DNA from: Carcharhinus amblyrhynchos
Taxonomy: Eukaryota
Length of the DNA: 64,000 nt
Assembly: GCA_965287045.1 (NCBI GenBank)
Contig: OZ336877.1
Span: forward strand, 56,234,001-56,298,000
Direction of reading: 5' to 3'
Part shown: piece by piece, positions 12,212-26,019 of the stretch
How the letters are laid out: each line of letters starts with the position of its first letter
Numbering within the stretch: position 1 is the stretch's first letter
Notes under the pieces: model-generated
What the model was told of the DNA's origin: nothing
The model's input: only the letters and a program-made list of their open reading frames with translations
Database searches by the model: none
Position numbers and translations under genes: made by a program

Positions 12212-14409
12212 TTAAATCTTAACTCACATTCCTCATCTCCACTCCCACCTGACCCACGTGCCATTGTCCTTTCTACTTCCTCCTGTATCTCTTGTTTTAA
12301 GACATTATAGCCCAGTTTCCAGATGGTAGCGAGAATTTTCTTAGTGGCAGCCACAGCCTCTCCTCTAACCCAGCTGATGTCCTCTCAATATCCTCCTTTA
12401 TTGCCACTGGAATTCCAGTATTGCCAAATCCAAGATCACACTTGCACAGGGCTACACTTTGGATTCCACCTCTTATAATCCTCACATATCAAGGGCTGCC
12501 TGTCTAATGCTGCTGGCACTTCCGGTAGATGGCCTTAAGCTCTGGAATTGCCTCCTTAAACCTTTCCAATCAATCTTCTTCTAACATCTTTCTTAAAATC
12601 TCTGTCTTTGACACAGCCTTCTAACCATCTACCGCAATATCTTGTTTTTTGGCTCAGTGTCAATTTTTTGTCTTTATACCTCTATGAAGGTGGGATGTTT
12701 TACTATGTTAAAGACATTCTGGCATCTCTTTTGTTGTATTGCTCTGTTTTTGTATCTCTATTAGCCAGAAATCAAAATGTGGAGGTCTACCATTACACCC
12801 AAATTCCTTTCCATTCATTTTGGTCTTTTATCTGCAGTAATTCTACAAGTTACAATGAATACAATGTAAAATTCAGTGTTAAACCTCCTAGCTGATTTTA
12901 AAAAATCCCATTCAGAGAATTTGCATTTAAAATCAAATTTTTGTTTCAAACAAAGTAACAAATTTCACAGAATTAGCTCTGAGGCCAGGCATTGCAAGGT
13001 TTGCATTCTGTGGTTTTTGTTATCATAACATTAATAATATCACATTGCAAAGTGTATACAGTAGTTACCAATCAGATTTGGTTCTAGCTTTGCTTTTTCA
13101 CATCACATTTTATAGTGCATGACACTTCTGGTAATAGACTTCTACATGAGATCTGGTACAGCCCATGTAATGAGTAGTCTGTACTGCTGATGATGCTGGC
13201 CTGTATACAGGGAGCTGAAAGCAACCATTACCTTCATAATATGCTTTGAAATTTAATTTTAAGAATGTTGAGGTATGCTCACTGTCTGGCACTGTTTCAA
13301 TCTAGTTGGAAATGTTGAAAGAAAGCTGCTACTAAATAAAGCCAAGCTCTGGGGGAGGCAGTGGCAGGGAGGGTGGTCAGTAGGATATTCTGTAGCTCCC
13401 CACTTAGTTTACTGCTGTCTGATATTGAGTTAAAGCATTGAAATAAAACGTCAAATAGGTCAGTAATACTGTTCTATTATTAAATAGACTTTTTTTATAC
13501 AGGAGCTACCCTGCAATTAGATGTCCAGAGACTTCGGATTAATTTGTCTTTAATATGGAAATAGTTTTTTAAATGTAAATTGACTTTTTTTCAAGAGCTC
13601 TGGATTCTTTTGCCATAATTACTGGTTGTCATCTATTTTGATGGTCTTTAGGTGATTAAGCTCGAAGGGAGTAGATTTTGCCACTTCCTTTGGTGAGTCC
13701 TCCAACTCCAGTCTATCTGACCTGATAGTTAAAGTTGAATTCTGCCTGTACATGCAAGTTGCAATGTCCTTCATGGCACCCCTCCTCAGGTTAATCTATT
13801 CAACATAAATGCAACACATTTGGCCTAGTTGTGTGCTGAGTTTACCAAGTTGCATTACAGAGAGATCAAACAGCAAGTCTTGCTGTAGCTCTTTTCTGTG
13901 AAGGAAAAGTAAATCTAAATTTTTGGGGAGGACCTGTTGATATTATTAAGCGTTAAACATATTAATTTGCTGTTGAGGAGTACAGCAGATGATGAGTTTG
14001 GGTGAGATTCATTAAAAATGCCAGTTGTTTGAAGTGATCATCACAACAGAAAACTCTTCATTTATAACTCTGGAGAATATTTTTGATAATTGTTCATCTT
14101 AAGCACAAACACATTTATTCTTCACTGTAACATGAATCACATTAGGAGAGATTGCCAATTTAAGAATAATGAATAATGGGGAAACAAGTGAACTAGCAAT
14201 GCCTGGGAGCATTCACTATTCTGGCCTGACTGTCACCCTTTCTGCATTGTTCACCCTGTGAACAACATCCATTTTTCTTCCCAGTTCCTTATTCCTCAGG
14301 AAGGGGCTAAAGCTCTGTTTGTACCTACTGAACATCCACAGCAAGTAATTCAATCACTTCCAAAGAAGCAGCCTTTAATTAAAGCTTTAAATGTTAAACC
14401 ATGTTGATA

Positions 14410-14880
14410 TGAATGTACAAATTTGGAACAAGAGTAGGCCCTACAGTCTGTCAAGCCTGCTCTGCAATTCAATAAACTGATCCCAACTGATCTGACTGTG
14501 GCCTTAATTCCACATCCACCTATCTCCATAACCTTTGACTCTCTTAATATATCTACCTTTGCCTTAAAAGTACTCTGCTTTCACCTCGCATGACCCTCTG
14601 AGATAAAAGAATTCTTCTCTCATCCATCATAAATGGGAATCCCCCTGCCTCACTTTTAAACTGTGTCCCCTAGTTCCAGACTTTCCAACAAGTGGAAGCT
14701 TCAGCATCCACCCTGTCAAGTCCCCTCGGTCTGATATTTTTCAATAAGACATCTCTCATTCTTCTAAACTCCAGTGGATACAAGTCCAGTCTGTCCAACC
14801 TTTCCTCATAAGTTAACCTCCCCCCATCCCAGATATGTCAAGTGAATCTTCTCGGAATTGCTTCCAATGCATTTATATAT
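14410..14880 (-). mobile_element. CR1 LINE 3' fragment, antisense
   Basis: Reverse complement of the CR1 ORF2 end (ctgtgtcccctagt, ctctcattcttctaaactccag). Confidence 0.8.
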
Positions 14881-17843
14881 TTTCTTCATTACAAATCTAG
14901 AAAAATAAGTTTTCTGTCTGGTAACATGTGATGTGAAACAAACCAATTCAAATGTAACTGGTTTATAAATGCCATTGAGGTTTTCCCTTTTGACTTGAAA
15001 CTTCTAAAGTATATCTAATTAAAGCAACTTTGCTGGAAATGTAATAACAATTGTGCACTTATGACTTTTTCTGAGTTTAATCCGAAACGTTCTTCACGCT
15101 TTTGAGCATGAGAAAGTTCAGAAAAGAGCCCTGAAAAAGCAGAGATAATTGCCTTTACATTCTTTTCCTAAAGAAGTGGGTTAAAGTGTAAACGCCATTC
15201 AACCTTGGAACCATTTTGAGCCAAGGTGAGGTTCTTAAGCAACAGGATACAACACCAGTTGTATATTTTGGCACATTCAGATGCGTAGCTGTAAAGTTTG
15301 AGATCTGTATTGGATATTTTCAATATAATGGTAATGTGCAATTTAGACACTGAGAGGACAAAACAAAATTGAGGTCAACAGAAGTACGTGAATATTGCCT
15401 GATTGTTGTTGACTCATTCCTCTTCGTTTGCACATGGCTGCAAGTTCTTCTCAAAGATTTATTTTTTTCTTAATACTCCATCAGTAAAGGCCTTGCTATA
15501 AGACTTGTATGACAATCTTTTGAGAGGCATCTTTATTGAAAGCTTTCTGAAAAATCTAAATAAACCATGTTATGAATGGGATACCTGCATCCATCAATCT
15601 GATTACTTCAAATAACTCCACCAGGGTTTTAAGACAGGGCCTCTGTGCCCCTGATTTCCCCTTCTCTACCAAGTTGGTTTGAATATATGTCCAATGGCCT
15701 CACTTAACAAAGCTCTATATCTTTAAGTAATCTTGGGTAGATGTTATCTTGGTCACTAGATCAATTTGATTTTTAACTCCTTGATCTCTTTAAGGTCAGA
15801 TCTAAACTTTTACTTTAACAATATTTGTATCAATGACATAGTATTAAAAGAAACTGAGCCAGTGTCTGCAGAAGTCAAGATTAATGTAAAGTGGCTGCTT
15901 AAAACCTCTTACCATGTCCAGGGAGACCTCTAATATGCCCTTGAGAAATTTTTAACAGTCTGTTATCACCCTCTGAAAGTTGCTATTTTTACCAAAGTTA
16001 TCCACTGTGTTTTATTTCCTGGTATTCACTTGACCGTTCAGATAGAAACTTTTGCTACCTTAAGCTGAGCATAATACCTGTCCCCGTTGCATAGAAATGC
16101 TCAAATGTGTAATGGTATTTCTAGCATATAACCATTTAGCCACCATAGCTTCACCATGCATCCTTTACGCTTTGGCTTCTTTTTGCATGGAATGGCTTAA
16201 AAGCTTTCATTTTTTATCCAAGTAGTCACTATCACCAACAATAGCATCTCCCAGTTAAGTGACGGAGCTCCTCTTCCATTTTTGAGATTTAGTGTCCGGT
16301 TCGCATCAACAAACAACTACTGAAATGGGTGTCATTTGTTTGTTGTTTCTGAAAGTTTACTGTCCACAAATCGGCCACCATGTAAATAATGACAATTGCA
16401 CTTCCAAAGCAATTATTGGCAAGTAAGGGTAGTGTAAATGGGCAAGAATGTTCCTTCCAGCAAAATAAGCAAATATGATGATATGACGACTCTGATGATA
16501 GATTGTATTGTTCTACTGACTGTTCAAGTACTGGATAGTTTCCTTCGTTCCATTTGATGAGTGTGAAGAGAGGACATTTATCACGGGATCCACTGTTTCT
16601 GTGCTAGCTCCACTACTACGTTTGACTTTTTTAATATATAACAATTGTAAAAACTATCAAATGCCTGGCAGTGAGCTTGAGACGTTTGTGTAATATTGGC
16701 GTCTCTTTTTGATTGCTCTGGGGCCAATGAACTCATCAAAATCACTTGCAATTCCTTGCACTGTCAACCATCCGATGCCTTGTCTGAAAATACATTTGAA
16801 ATATTGAAATATACACAACTAATTGATGTTTCCTGTAAGTTGTAGTGATACCAATGTGACAGCTATTTGTCCTTTGTGTGGGGCCTTCCAATATTATGAA
16901 TTCAATGTACAACGTTTCATCAGACACTCCAATTTTGAAACAGATAAAATGATACTGTGAATCTAAGCAAAATAATTGTAGTTAAAATTCACTGCTAGCA
17001 ATTTACTTGCAATTTGGGTTACCTGATGGTGAATTGAAAGGAATTGATTCAGTCAAGATATTGCATTAAATTGGAGAAATGAATATTTATGATGTGTGAA
17101 CCTCAAGAATGGATTACTCTATGTAATTCACTCAATTATTTATTTTGAAATGAATTCCAAGAGGATACCAAGTTGCAACCAGTTGAAATATCATGTTTAC
17201 AATTATATTGTACTTGAATTATAGGCAACCTTAAATGTATACAACAGGGTGAATTTTGCATAGTCATTATACTCAATATGCTTTTGAACTGTTTTAATAG
17301 GAACTCCCAATGTTATCCCAGCTCCAGGTATATTCACCACAAAAGCTTTACACTTTTGAGTTGGTGCATATTTTGTTTGGATTGAAGTTCATTGACAGTT
17401 GCTTGCAGATTGTTCCACTGATTTGGTGGGTAAATACACCAAATAAGCACCATTAATCTCAGCATCCATCTTTCAGCCAGCTGACTTAGCTGATCTTGGC
17501 CAGCGTGCTACAATTTGCTTGATTTTCTTGGTGGGGAAGATAACTTGAGTTCCCTTTCCTATTTAGTTCCCAAGTTAGGGTTTGCGTATGTGCCTGGACA
17601 TTGGCTGATGGGAATCCGGCTTGACCTAAGTGCCCTTCACTGTCTTAACAATCACCTGATTGTTACACCTATGCCCAGGAAAAGTTCATATCCTCAGGAG
17701 AGAACTAAAGTTGGAGAGGAGGGGGCTGGGGTGGCAAGAGGAATTAAATAGGCCATGATACTTGATTAGTTTCTGCGCAAATCCACTGATTGGGCTTGAA
17801 CACAAAATTGACGGGTGGTAATTGGCCTTGTTGTTGACAGCAG

Positions 17844-18054
17844 ATCAGCAGTGACTTGGATAACTTAGAAGAAATTCTTGATGACCTGCAGAACAGTCAG
17901 TTACAACAGCTTTTCCCAGACACGAAGACGGTGCCTGCCAGTGGACCCGTTGACAAACAGACCATCTTCCAAGACCTTCTCCAAATTGGCAATGAAAGTG
18001 TCTCCGCGCCACCTCTTGGATCACAAAACCCGCTGCCCGGGATGCTACAGAACA
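17844..18054 (+). CDS. NCOA2: NCOA2 coding exon (~exon 12)
   Basis: gacagcag|ATC..AACA|gtgagt; 211 nt (214 with upstream AG), phase 0-1; [39 protein letters not shown]. Confidence 0.93.
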
Positions 18055-19030
18055 GTGAGTTTCATATTTTTCACCTCCTAGAATGTAAACTCCATTGCAT
18101 TATTTTAGTTGTTATCCCTTTCTTTAGTATTTGAACTTTTAAAATGTACAGTTAATACGTACAATCTATGGTTAGTTGAATCTTGTAAAATGGAAAACTC
18201 TTCACATATACCTAGAGTGATATGTGATGGCGCATTTTCATCACTTGGAGCTGTGTTTGTTAATGTGCCCCATTTCAATCTACATTTTTCAACCAAAATC
18301 AAGATGGGGATTACTTTAGTCTAGAAGCATGCTTGCATGTATCTTTGTAGTGCATCCTTCACCTATTAGTAAATTGAGGTGAAGAATGGATCTGGTTGTG
18401 ATGAGGTATCTCTAAATCCCAGCATTCCTCATTTACTGATTTTCCTGCATCCTGTTTAGCCAGCTGTAAATTTTTACCTGGAGTGATTTTTAATATTCAT
18501 ATAAGATTGACTTATAAAGGTACCAAATTGTGAAGGTATGCTTTGTCTGTATAGCGCACAAGAAACAATACTTTTTCACTGTATATTAGTACATGCGACA
18601 GTAATAAACCAAATCAAAATTAGGTGTGTAATGTTTTATATTTTTATGCATTGCAAGAAAAATAATACTTTCCAATCTCCATACACCCAAGTATATTTTG
18701 GTTTGCACACAAAACAATCAGAGTCATGGTCTAAGCTGTGTAGTAGTCTGCAGCAACTGCCAGGATTATGCCATTATAGCAACAAAAGCTTGGTTCTCGT
18801 CTCCTTACCATGAAGTGATCTTTAACAATCGGGAGTTCGTCTGGCAGCCTGCCTGGGAAATAGTGAACGCTGTCCATTTACAGGATACTCGATTTGAAAA
18901 GTCTGCAGTTTGTCAAAGAATTGGGTGACACAGAACATGAATTCCACTTCTATTGAGAGAACTTTCGCGCTGTATTTTTAATTATCCTTTTGTAAACTAT
19001 GGAGAAACGCAAGTTGTGTTTTGTGCAAAG

Positions 19031-19064
19031 AACGCCACCTGGTGGTATAAGTAGACACTGCAGC
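19031..19064 (-). promoter_or_regulatory. Candidate CTCF site (core plus upstream motif)
   Basis: Minus strand gctgcagtgtctacttataCCACCAGGTGGCGtt: consensus CCASYAGRKGGCR core with a TGCAG upstream module at the usual spacing. Confidence 0.6.
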
Positions 19065-19087
19065 TGTTTTGAATTTCATTTCCTAAT

Positions 19088-19452
19088 TCATAGAATCCTA
19101 CAGTGTAGAAGGAGGCCATTCGGCCCGTCGAGTCTGCACCAACCACAATCCCATCCAGGCCCTATCCCTATAACCCCATGCATTTACTCTGCTAATCCCC
19201 CTGACACTAGGGGGCAATTTAACATGACTAATCCACCTAACCTGCACGTCTTTGGAGTGTGGGAGGAAACCGGAGCACCTGGAGGAATCCCATGCAGACA
19301 CGAGGAGACTGTGCAAACTCCACACAGAAAGCAGCCTGAGGCCGGAATCGAACTCGGGTCCCTGGCACTGAGGCAGCTGTACTGGCAACTCTGCCACGCA
19401 TAAAGTGTGACACTGAGGCAGCTGTGCTGGCAACTGTGCCACTATGCCACCC
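19088..19452 (-). mobile_element. HE1-like elasmobranch V-SINE
   Basis: Minus strand: tRNA head with box B gagttcgattcc, V-domain gtgctccggtttcctcccaca, CR1-derived tail gggccgaatggcctccttct..ttctatga. Confidence 0.88.
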
Positions 19453-19684
19453 CATCACAGAAATAAAATTCTATATACACAGATTGCATTTTTAAAACTC
19501 ATGGATGAAATAAAAATAACTTTTGTGACAAATTCCAAATTTTATATCTTTTGTTGCAAAATATCAAGATTCAGGATTAATTATTTTTAATTAAATTTAT
19601 ACATTAACAATGGAATAATAGCCATTTTTGAAAGGTTGATGGCAAAGGAATGACTTGCAGTTACGAGTGTACAAGGTGTTTGTC

Positions 19685-20030
19685 ATAGAGGTTTATTGCA
19701 TGAAACAGGCCCTTCAGCTGAACTTGTCCATGCCGCCTTTTTTTAAAAACCCTAAACTAATCCCAATTGCCTGCATTTGGTCCATATCCCTCTATACCCA
19801 TTATACCCATGTAACTATCTAAATGCATTTTAAAAAATAAAATTGTACTTGCCTCTACTGCTACCTCTGGCAGCTTGTTCCAGACACTCACCACCCTCTG
19901 TGGAAAAAATTGCCCTTCTGGAGACTTTTGCATCTCTCCCCTTGCACCTTAAACCTGTACCCTCTAGTTTTAGACTCCTCTACCTTTGGGAAAAGATATT
20001 GACCATCTACCTTGTCTATGCCCCTCATTA
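19685..20030 (-). mobile_element. CR1 LINE 3' fragment, antisense
   Basis: Reverse complement of the ORF2 end and tail (accttaaacctgtaccctctagttttagactc). Confidence 0.8.
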
Positions 20031-20231
20031 ATTAGCAAAGGTAACCCAGGATAGCAGCAACATAGTGTGACAGCAGTAGGGTTATAGCCAGGAAAAGATA
20101 CCTGTTTATTTTATTTTAAGAAGCTTTACTATCTTCGTGTTTCAGTCCACAGCTTTAATACAGTGTGACTATAATGGCTAAAGGTGTTCATCACTGGCTA
20201 GTTTGCAGGGAGCACAATGTCATCTGAGGAA

Positions 20232-20428
20232 GAGTTACCTTCCAATCCATAGGAACCATTCCAGAATCCAAAGAATTTTGGAAAATGACCAACAATGGAT
20301 CTACCAGTTTAAGAGCTATTTCTTTAAGTACTCTGGGATGAAGATTATCAGGCCCTGGAGATTTATCCACCTTCAATCCCATTAATTTCCCCAAAACCAT
20401 TTAGCTATCAATATAGATTTCCTTCAGG
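20232..20428 (-). mobile_element. CR1 LINE ORF2 internal fragment
   Basis: ORF 20191-20400: LKVDKSPGPDNLHPRVLKE..VIFQNSLDSGMVPMDWK. Confidence 0.88.
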
Positions 20429-20497
20429 TCTGAAAATAGCATCTGAGGAGAGAGAATAGAGCCAACGTTTTGGGTCTAGATGACCTGTCGTCATAAC
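20428..20497 (-). mobile_element. Single arm of the family 1 Penelope-like terminal repeat
   Basis: gcatctgaggagagagaatagagccaacgttttgggtctagatgacc matches the arms of copies A-C. Confidence 0.7.
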
Positions 20498-23400
20498 TTC
20501 CAAAGTCCACATTTGAATTTTAATGGTTTGCCATGTTGAGGGGTGCCCATGAATTTTTAATGAGATTCACACTAGTGTAGTCTGCCACGCATGAAGTGTG
20601 GTAGATTCATTTTAAAACTAGCAGGATTTACTCCAGATTTTATGCAAATTTGACACTTAGAATTTTTGGGGGAGAATCCCACCTGTTGTGTCTATCTACT
20701 TGATTCCTTGCTCACAGAAATATTGCAGATGTACTTCATCTACACCTCTGTGCTAGCCATCTGTAATTTATTGTTTAATAAAATTGTGAGCGATATGCTA
20801 CATCAGACAATGGGTTTTTGGTGCTATGAGAAGCTGCAGCATTAATCAAAAACAAAATACTGTTTTGGGTCTGCTGCGGACAACCTGAGTCAGTATTAGT
20901 TCAGTGATAATAGCCATGCCTCTGAGTTTGAAGGTCATGGGTTCAAGCTCCAGTCTAGAGAATCGAGCACATTGTTTAGACTGATTTACTTCAGTGCAGT
21001 ACTGAGGCCAACATCTGGGTTGACTTCTGTTTGGCTGCTGTTATTCATGGGGAAACTTGAATGATAGATTAACTATTTCCTGTTCACAGGGTTAGTGAAG
21101 GAGAACAGCTGAAGATCTCATTAAGTTGCTCTGCATCATAGAACAGATAGAGGATCAACTGCTCCCCAACACAATTAGATTGATGACAGTCAGAAACATT
21201 CACAACTCAATGTCACGTTAAGTGAAGGCGCTCCCTTGAGTGGAGTGGAATTACTGGCTGGAGTTTTTAGGAAGGTGGGGTTTGCCTTCCTGCCATCCAG
21301 AGTTGGCTGTTTAATACTCCAACAAGGGTTAATTGGCTGGAGGTGGGGCTTCTGCCCATCACTCGAAAGGAAGTCCTGCCTCTGAAAGCTGCCACCAAAT
21401 TTGGTGGCAGCACCAGAAATTGCAGTGGACGGGACTGGAACTGCAATCAGTCCACAAAGCCCAAGTCCTGGAAATCCAGGACCAGAATGAGTTGGGAGGG
21501 GGTGGAATGGTGTTCTCAGGACAAGCTGAAAAGCGAGGTCCAGGGAGTTGGGCAGAAGTGGGTGGGAGGTGTTAGTGGAGAGATCAGGGGACAGTGAGGA
21601 CCTGCAAGAGCCAGTCCTTTTTGGGGAAGAGGGCTCCTGATGTTAAAAGGAGGCGTCTCTCTGCCTAAAGACTGAACCAAATTACTTTTTGGATTTAACC
21701 CCCTGCCCTGAACACTTTTCACCAACCTAAAAATTGAGGCTTGAAAGAAAAGAACCCGTAAGTGGTGGATAATTGGCAAGGGTGGGTGGGCCAGGCATCC
21801 GAAACCCCTCATGTCCCAATGTGAAATGGTGGAAAGGTGGGTTGGGTGGGAACCTGGTGGAAAGGCCAGCTAAGAAACTTTACACAAACCCCACACCAGC
21901 TGTAAATCTGCCAGCAGGGGATTGTAAAATTCTGCCCACTGATTGGGACAAGGGTCGTTAATGCAGACTGGACACTTTTTCTGGGAGAAGTCAGTCAGTG
22001 ACATCCAGGCAGCATGACACAAATGATTCTGAAAGGACCATGAGACGGGAAGACAAATCCCTGGAGAAAGATTGTGAACATCCTGTTTGTACAACGGTGT
22101 GGAAAATATATCCCTTTCGTACAGAGCAGACTTGAGAACTCAGCATTGTCCGTTCACTGCAGCTCTGTGTAAACTAGCAATAATACAGATTTCAGTAAAC
22201 TGCCTTAAGCTTCATCTCATTCATATTAGTTACTACGTAGAGTAACGACAATACAGAATGTACTTTGCATGGAGGATTTCCAATATCCATTTGCAAAACT
22301 GGCTTGGCCGTATCACCACTGACCAAGCTAGCCAAGTCCTGAAATCTGTATCTGCCAGACTGAGAGTATGTTCCTTGACCTCATCCTTACCAGTCTAATG
22401 TCACAGATGCATCTATCTGTAACTCTATTGGTGAGGGTTGCCGCTGTTGTGGAGACCAAATAGGCATTCATAGTGAGGATGACTTACACTGTGCCCTGTG
22501 GCATTATAACAGTACTACATAGTATAAATCAAGGAGAGATCTTGTCACTCAAAACTGGACATCCATGAAGCACTGTGGGCAGTTAACAGCAGAAGGATTG
22601 CATTACGACACAAATTATAACAGCCTAGCATATCCCTCGGTGGTACAGACCAACAAGTTCAACCCTGGCTCAATGGGATATGTAGACAAGCATGTTGGAA
22701 AAAACATCAAGTGTACAAGGTAAAATTACAACACAAGAATATATACATATAAACAGCAAAGGCAGCATTGATTTTATACATAGACAGCTAAACAATTCTG
22801 TAATGAACTGATCAGGCCACAGTTCTTAACCATGCCAAATCCAGTTGTGAATGATGGCGGAGAATTAGATAATCGATGGGTGAAGGAGACTCCATGAACT
22901 TCCACATCCTCGGTTCTGGACAGAGCCCTTTAAGAGTGTAAAAGGTGAGACTGAAGTTATCTTCAGCCATAACGTAATTCTTCACCACCTCCTCATTAGG
23001 AATTTGCAATTATAGATGACAATTTTAAGCCAATTCAATGCACTATATGTAGCATGAAAAAATATTGACTGCCCCAAAATAAAGGCTGTACTCCCGCAAT
23101 ATCGTGGCTGTACTGTTATAGATCGATGCTCTGAACTAGCTGCTCCCTCCAAACCTGCTGTTCCAGTTCATCCAACAATTTTCCCAACAATCTGGAAAAT
23201 TGTTGTAAGGGGATTTTCACAGGGCATCCCTCCGGGGGTTGTTGCATTTAGTTGGTTTCAGCTAACACAGACTTGCGAAAGACGGTATGCAGTAATGTTC
23301 TTTATTTAACCAATACACACTAAGAGAGAGATAGAGAGAATTCCCACTTCTCCCTGACAATACATCACATGAGCACAACAGATACACATTTCTGAAGATT

Positions 23401-23919
23401 TGAACCTGTCACCCAAGCTGGACGGTCCAGTTATAGTAATACATTTACTTCAGCCTTCTGGTGAAATTAGGAATTTATTGGTCAAACGAACCCAGAGGTA
23501 TCTCCTCCCCACCTCACCCAATAACCTCACCTATGCAAATCCAAGATCTAGGGTCACTCCTAACACCTGCAGTCCTGGGAAAGAGAAGGGAATCATGTCT
23601 GTTTTCTGTCCCCTTATCAGTGGAGGATGAATGCATCTATTCATTGTAGGTAGAAGCAGATTCTTCATTCACTTCATTAACCTTGGTTGCTTGTAGCTGC
23701 CTGGTCTGCCCCTGATAATGGGGTGCGTGCTCTGTGCTTCATTGTTCCAAAAGAATATGGTCTGTCAAATTAAACTTACTTCCCATTACGCCAAGGGGTA
23801 AATTGCTTGTTGGCCAAAGCTCAAGAAAATATAAAAATACAGTTTAAATCTATAATATTTATTCAAAAATGATTGCTATATGCATATTATATATATATAT
23901 TATGCTACTTATACAGACA

Positions 23920-25045
23920 ATAGCATTTGTTGCTAATTCTTAATTGACCTTGAGACGGTGATGGTGAGCTGCTGCCTTTTAAACCACTGCAATCCATCAA
24001 GTACAGGTACACCCACAGTGCTGTTAGGAAGAGAGTTCCAGGATTTTAACTCAGTGACAATGAAGGCATGGCAATTTATTTCCAAGTGTGTGGCTTGGAG
24101 GGGACCTTATAAGTAGTGATGCCCCCACGTGTCTGCTGCCCTTGTCCTTAGAAGGTGCAGGTTTGAAAGGTGATGTCAAAGGAACCATTGTGAGTTGCTG
24201 CAGTACCTGTTGTAGATAGTACACAATGTTGCCACTGTGCATCAGTGGTGAAATGAGTGAACGTTTAAGGTGCTGGATGGGTTCTTGACCAAGCGAACTG
24301 CTTTGTGATGCTGGGGGATTTGGCAGTGGTAACGCCATTGAATATTAAGAGAAGACGGTTAAGTTCTCTCTTGTTGAAGATTGTCATTGCCTAACACATG
24401 TGGTGCAAATGTTACTTATCAGTCAAACCTGAATATTGTCCAGATTGGCTGATAATTTCCCTGCTGGCAAAAGTCTTTAAAACGTATTCAGCTATGACCT
24501 ACTCATTGATGCTCACTGTGGATTCCAGCTGGATCACTCTTCTTCCAACCTCACCACATCCTTGGTCCAAACGTAGACGCAAGCTGAATTCCAAAGTTGA
24601 CTACTCTTGATATTGAGGCATTATTTGACAGGGTATGGCACCCAGCAACTAATAATTCTAAACTTAGTGGAGACCAAGGTGTAAACACTCCATGGCTGGT
24701 GTCATACCCAGTATAAAGGAGGATGATTGAGGTTTTGAAAATTCATTATCCTAGCCCACAGGGATTGCTGTAGCAGTAACCTGAGAGGCATCCGAGGCTC
24801 AACTAGCTTAGCTACCATAGTGACTTATCATGAGGTCAGGGTCCACTGATTGGAGATGATTGCATGGTGTTCAGCTACCTGCCAATTCCTCAGATAACTA
24901 AGCAGCCTCTGTCTGCATGCAGCAAGACCTTGACGTTGCGCAAATTTGAGCTGCTAAATTTAAAGTAGCATCTGTACAAGACAGTGACCTTCTCCAATAA
25001 GTCCTTTTCTCCATGGCATTCAATTACATTGCTACTGTTGATAAA
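23920..25045. mobile_element. Fragments of a CR1/L2-group LINE (3' end antisense ~23920-24445; RT part sense ~24450-25045)
   Basis: Homologous to the element at 33990-35730 (agctgaattccaaag, ccatggcattcaat); related pieces at ~22300-22800. Confidence 0.65.
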
Positions 25046-26019
25046 ATTATATTCTTTGTATGTTGGAGTACACTTTAATACCCTTCACACCATAATAGAT
25101 GAGAAGTGCAACCCTACTAAAGGACAGCAGAGTAGTTCTAGGCCACAAAGATAGAATAGTTAAAGCAGTAGCGATGCCAAGAACTGAAGTCAGTAAACGG
25201 AGGACATTGGCAAAAGCTATATCAGCAGAGTAACTCTTCACTTTGCGGTAAAGTAATGGAAATAAGTAGATGAAGGTGCCACCTACTTTCTTGCCAATAC
25301 GCTGTCATTATGGTTTCAAATGACTCTTGCCGACTAAAGATTATTTTTGGTAAAACACATTGCTGCCCCAGATATACATGTATGTGGAAACGGGATGTAA
25401 AATATTCTTCAGTGCGATATAAAAATTTGCTTCCCATCTGGAAATGAAAATATTTTGACTTTGCTGCGGCTGGGTAACTTGAGTCTGTCGTGAATCAGTG
25501 ATTTCAATACCAAATCAGACAGAGGAAGAGCAATGAAGCAAAAGAACGATTTGTCTTGAGAGAGAGAGAAACAGAGAAAAGGTTGGGGAACAAAAAAATC
25601 AAAATATTTTTGAAATGGACAGGACTCCAACTTTCTGTTTAGTTTTTACCTACCGTGCAGTATCTTCAATACAATTCAATGGTGAGGCAAACAGTGAGAT
25701 GCAGATTTCAGGAAGTTAACAGGAGTATGATGCATAACAGACAATAGCTTGTCGAATTCTGCGCTTAACCTTAGGTGTGCTGTCAGCTCAAGTTGTTGTC
25801 ACATTTGTGCATAAGTACTCACCATTATTATGATAAATTATGGGCCATTAATAAACTGGAATTATTCAGCAATACTTTTGTGTCTATCATAGCATGAGCA
25901 CAATTATTCATTCCTTTTAAACTTGAAGGACTGTTCCCAGAAAAATTGGTCATGGTTTATATTGCCAATATTAAACAATGTACATTCATTTTTATTCCCT
26001 TTTAACTCTCAAATTATAG

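Noticed and set aside
12522-12535. CTCF-like ccggtagatggc
   Set aside because: A weaker match inside a decayed LINE tail.
19330-19452. tRNA genes at box A/B motifs (also 55331, 57085, 60661)
   Set aside because: These are SINE heads continuing into SINE bodies, with no complete cloverleaf.
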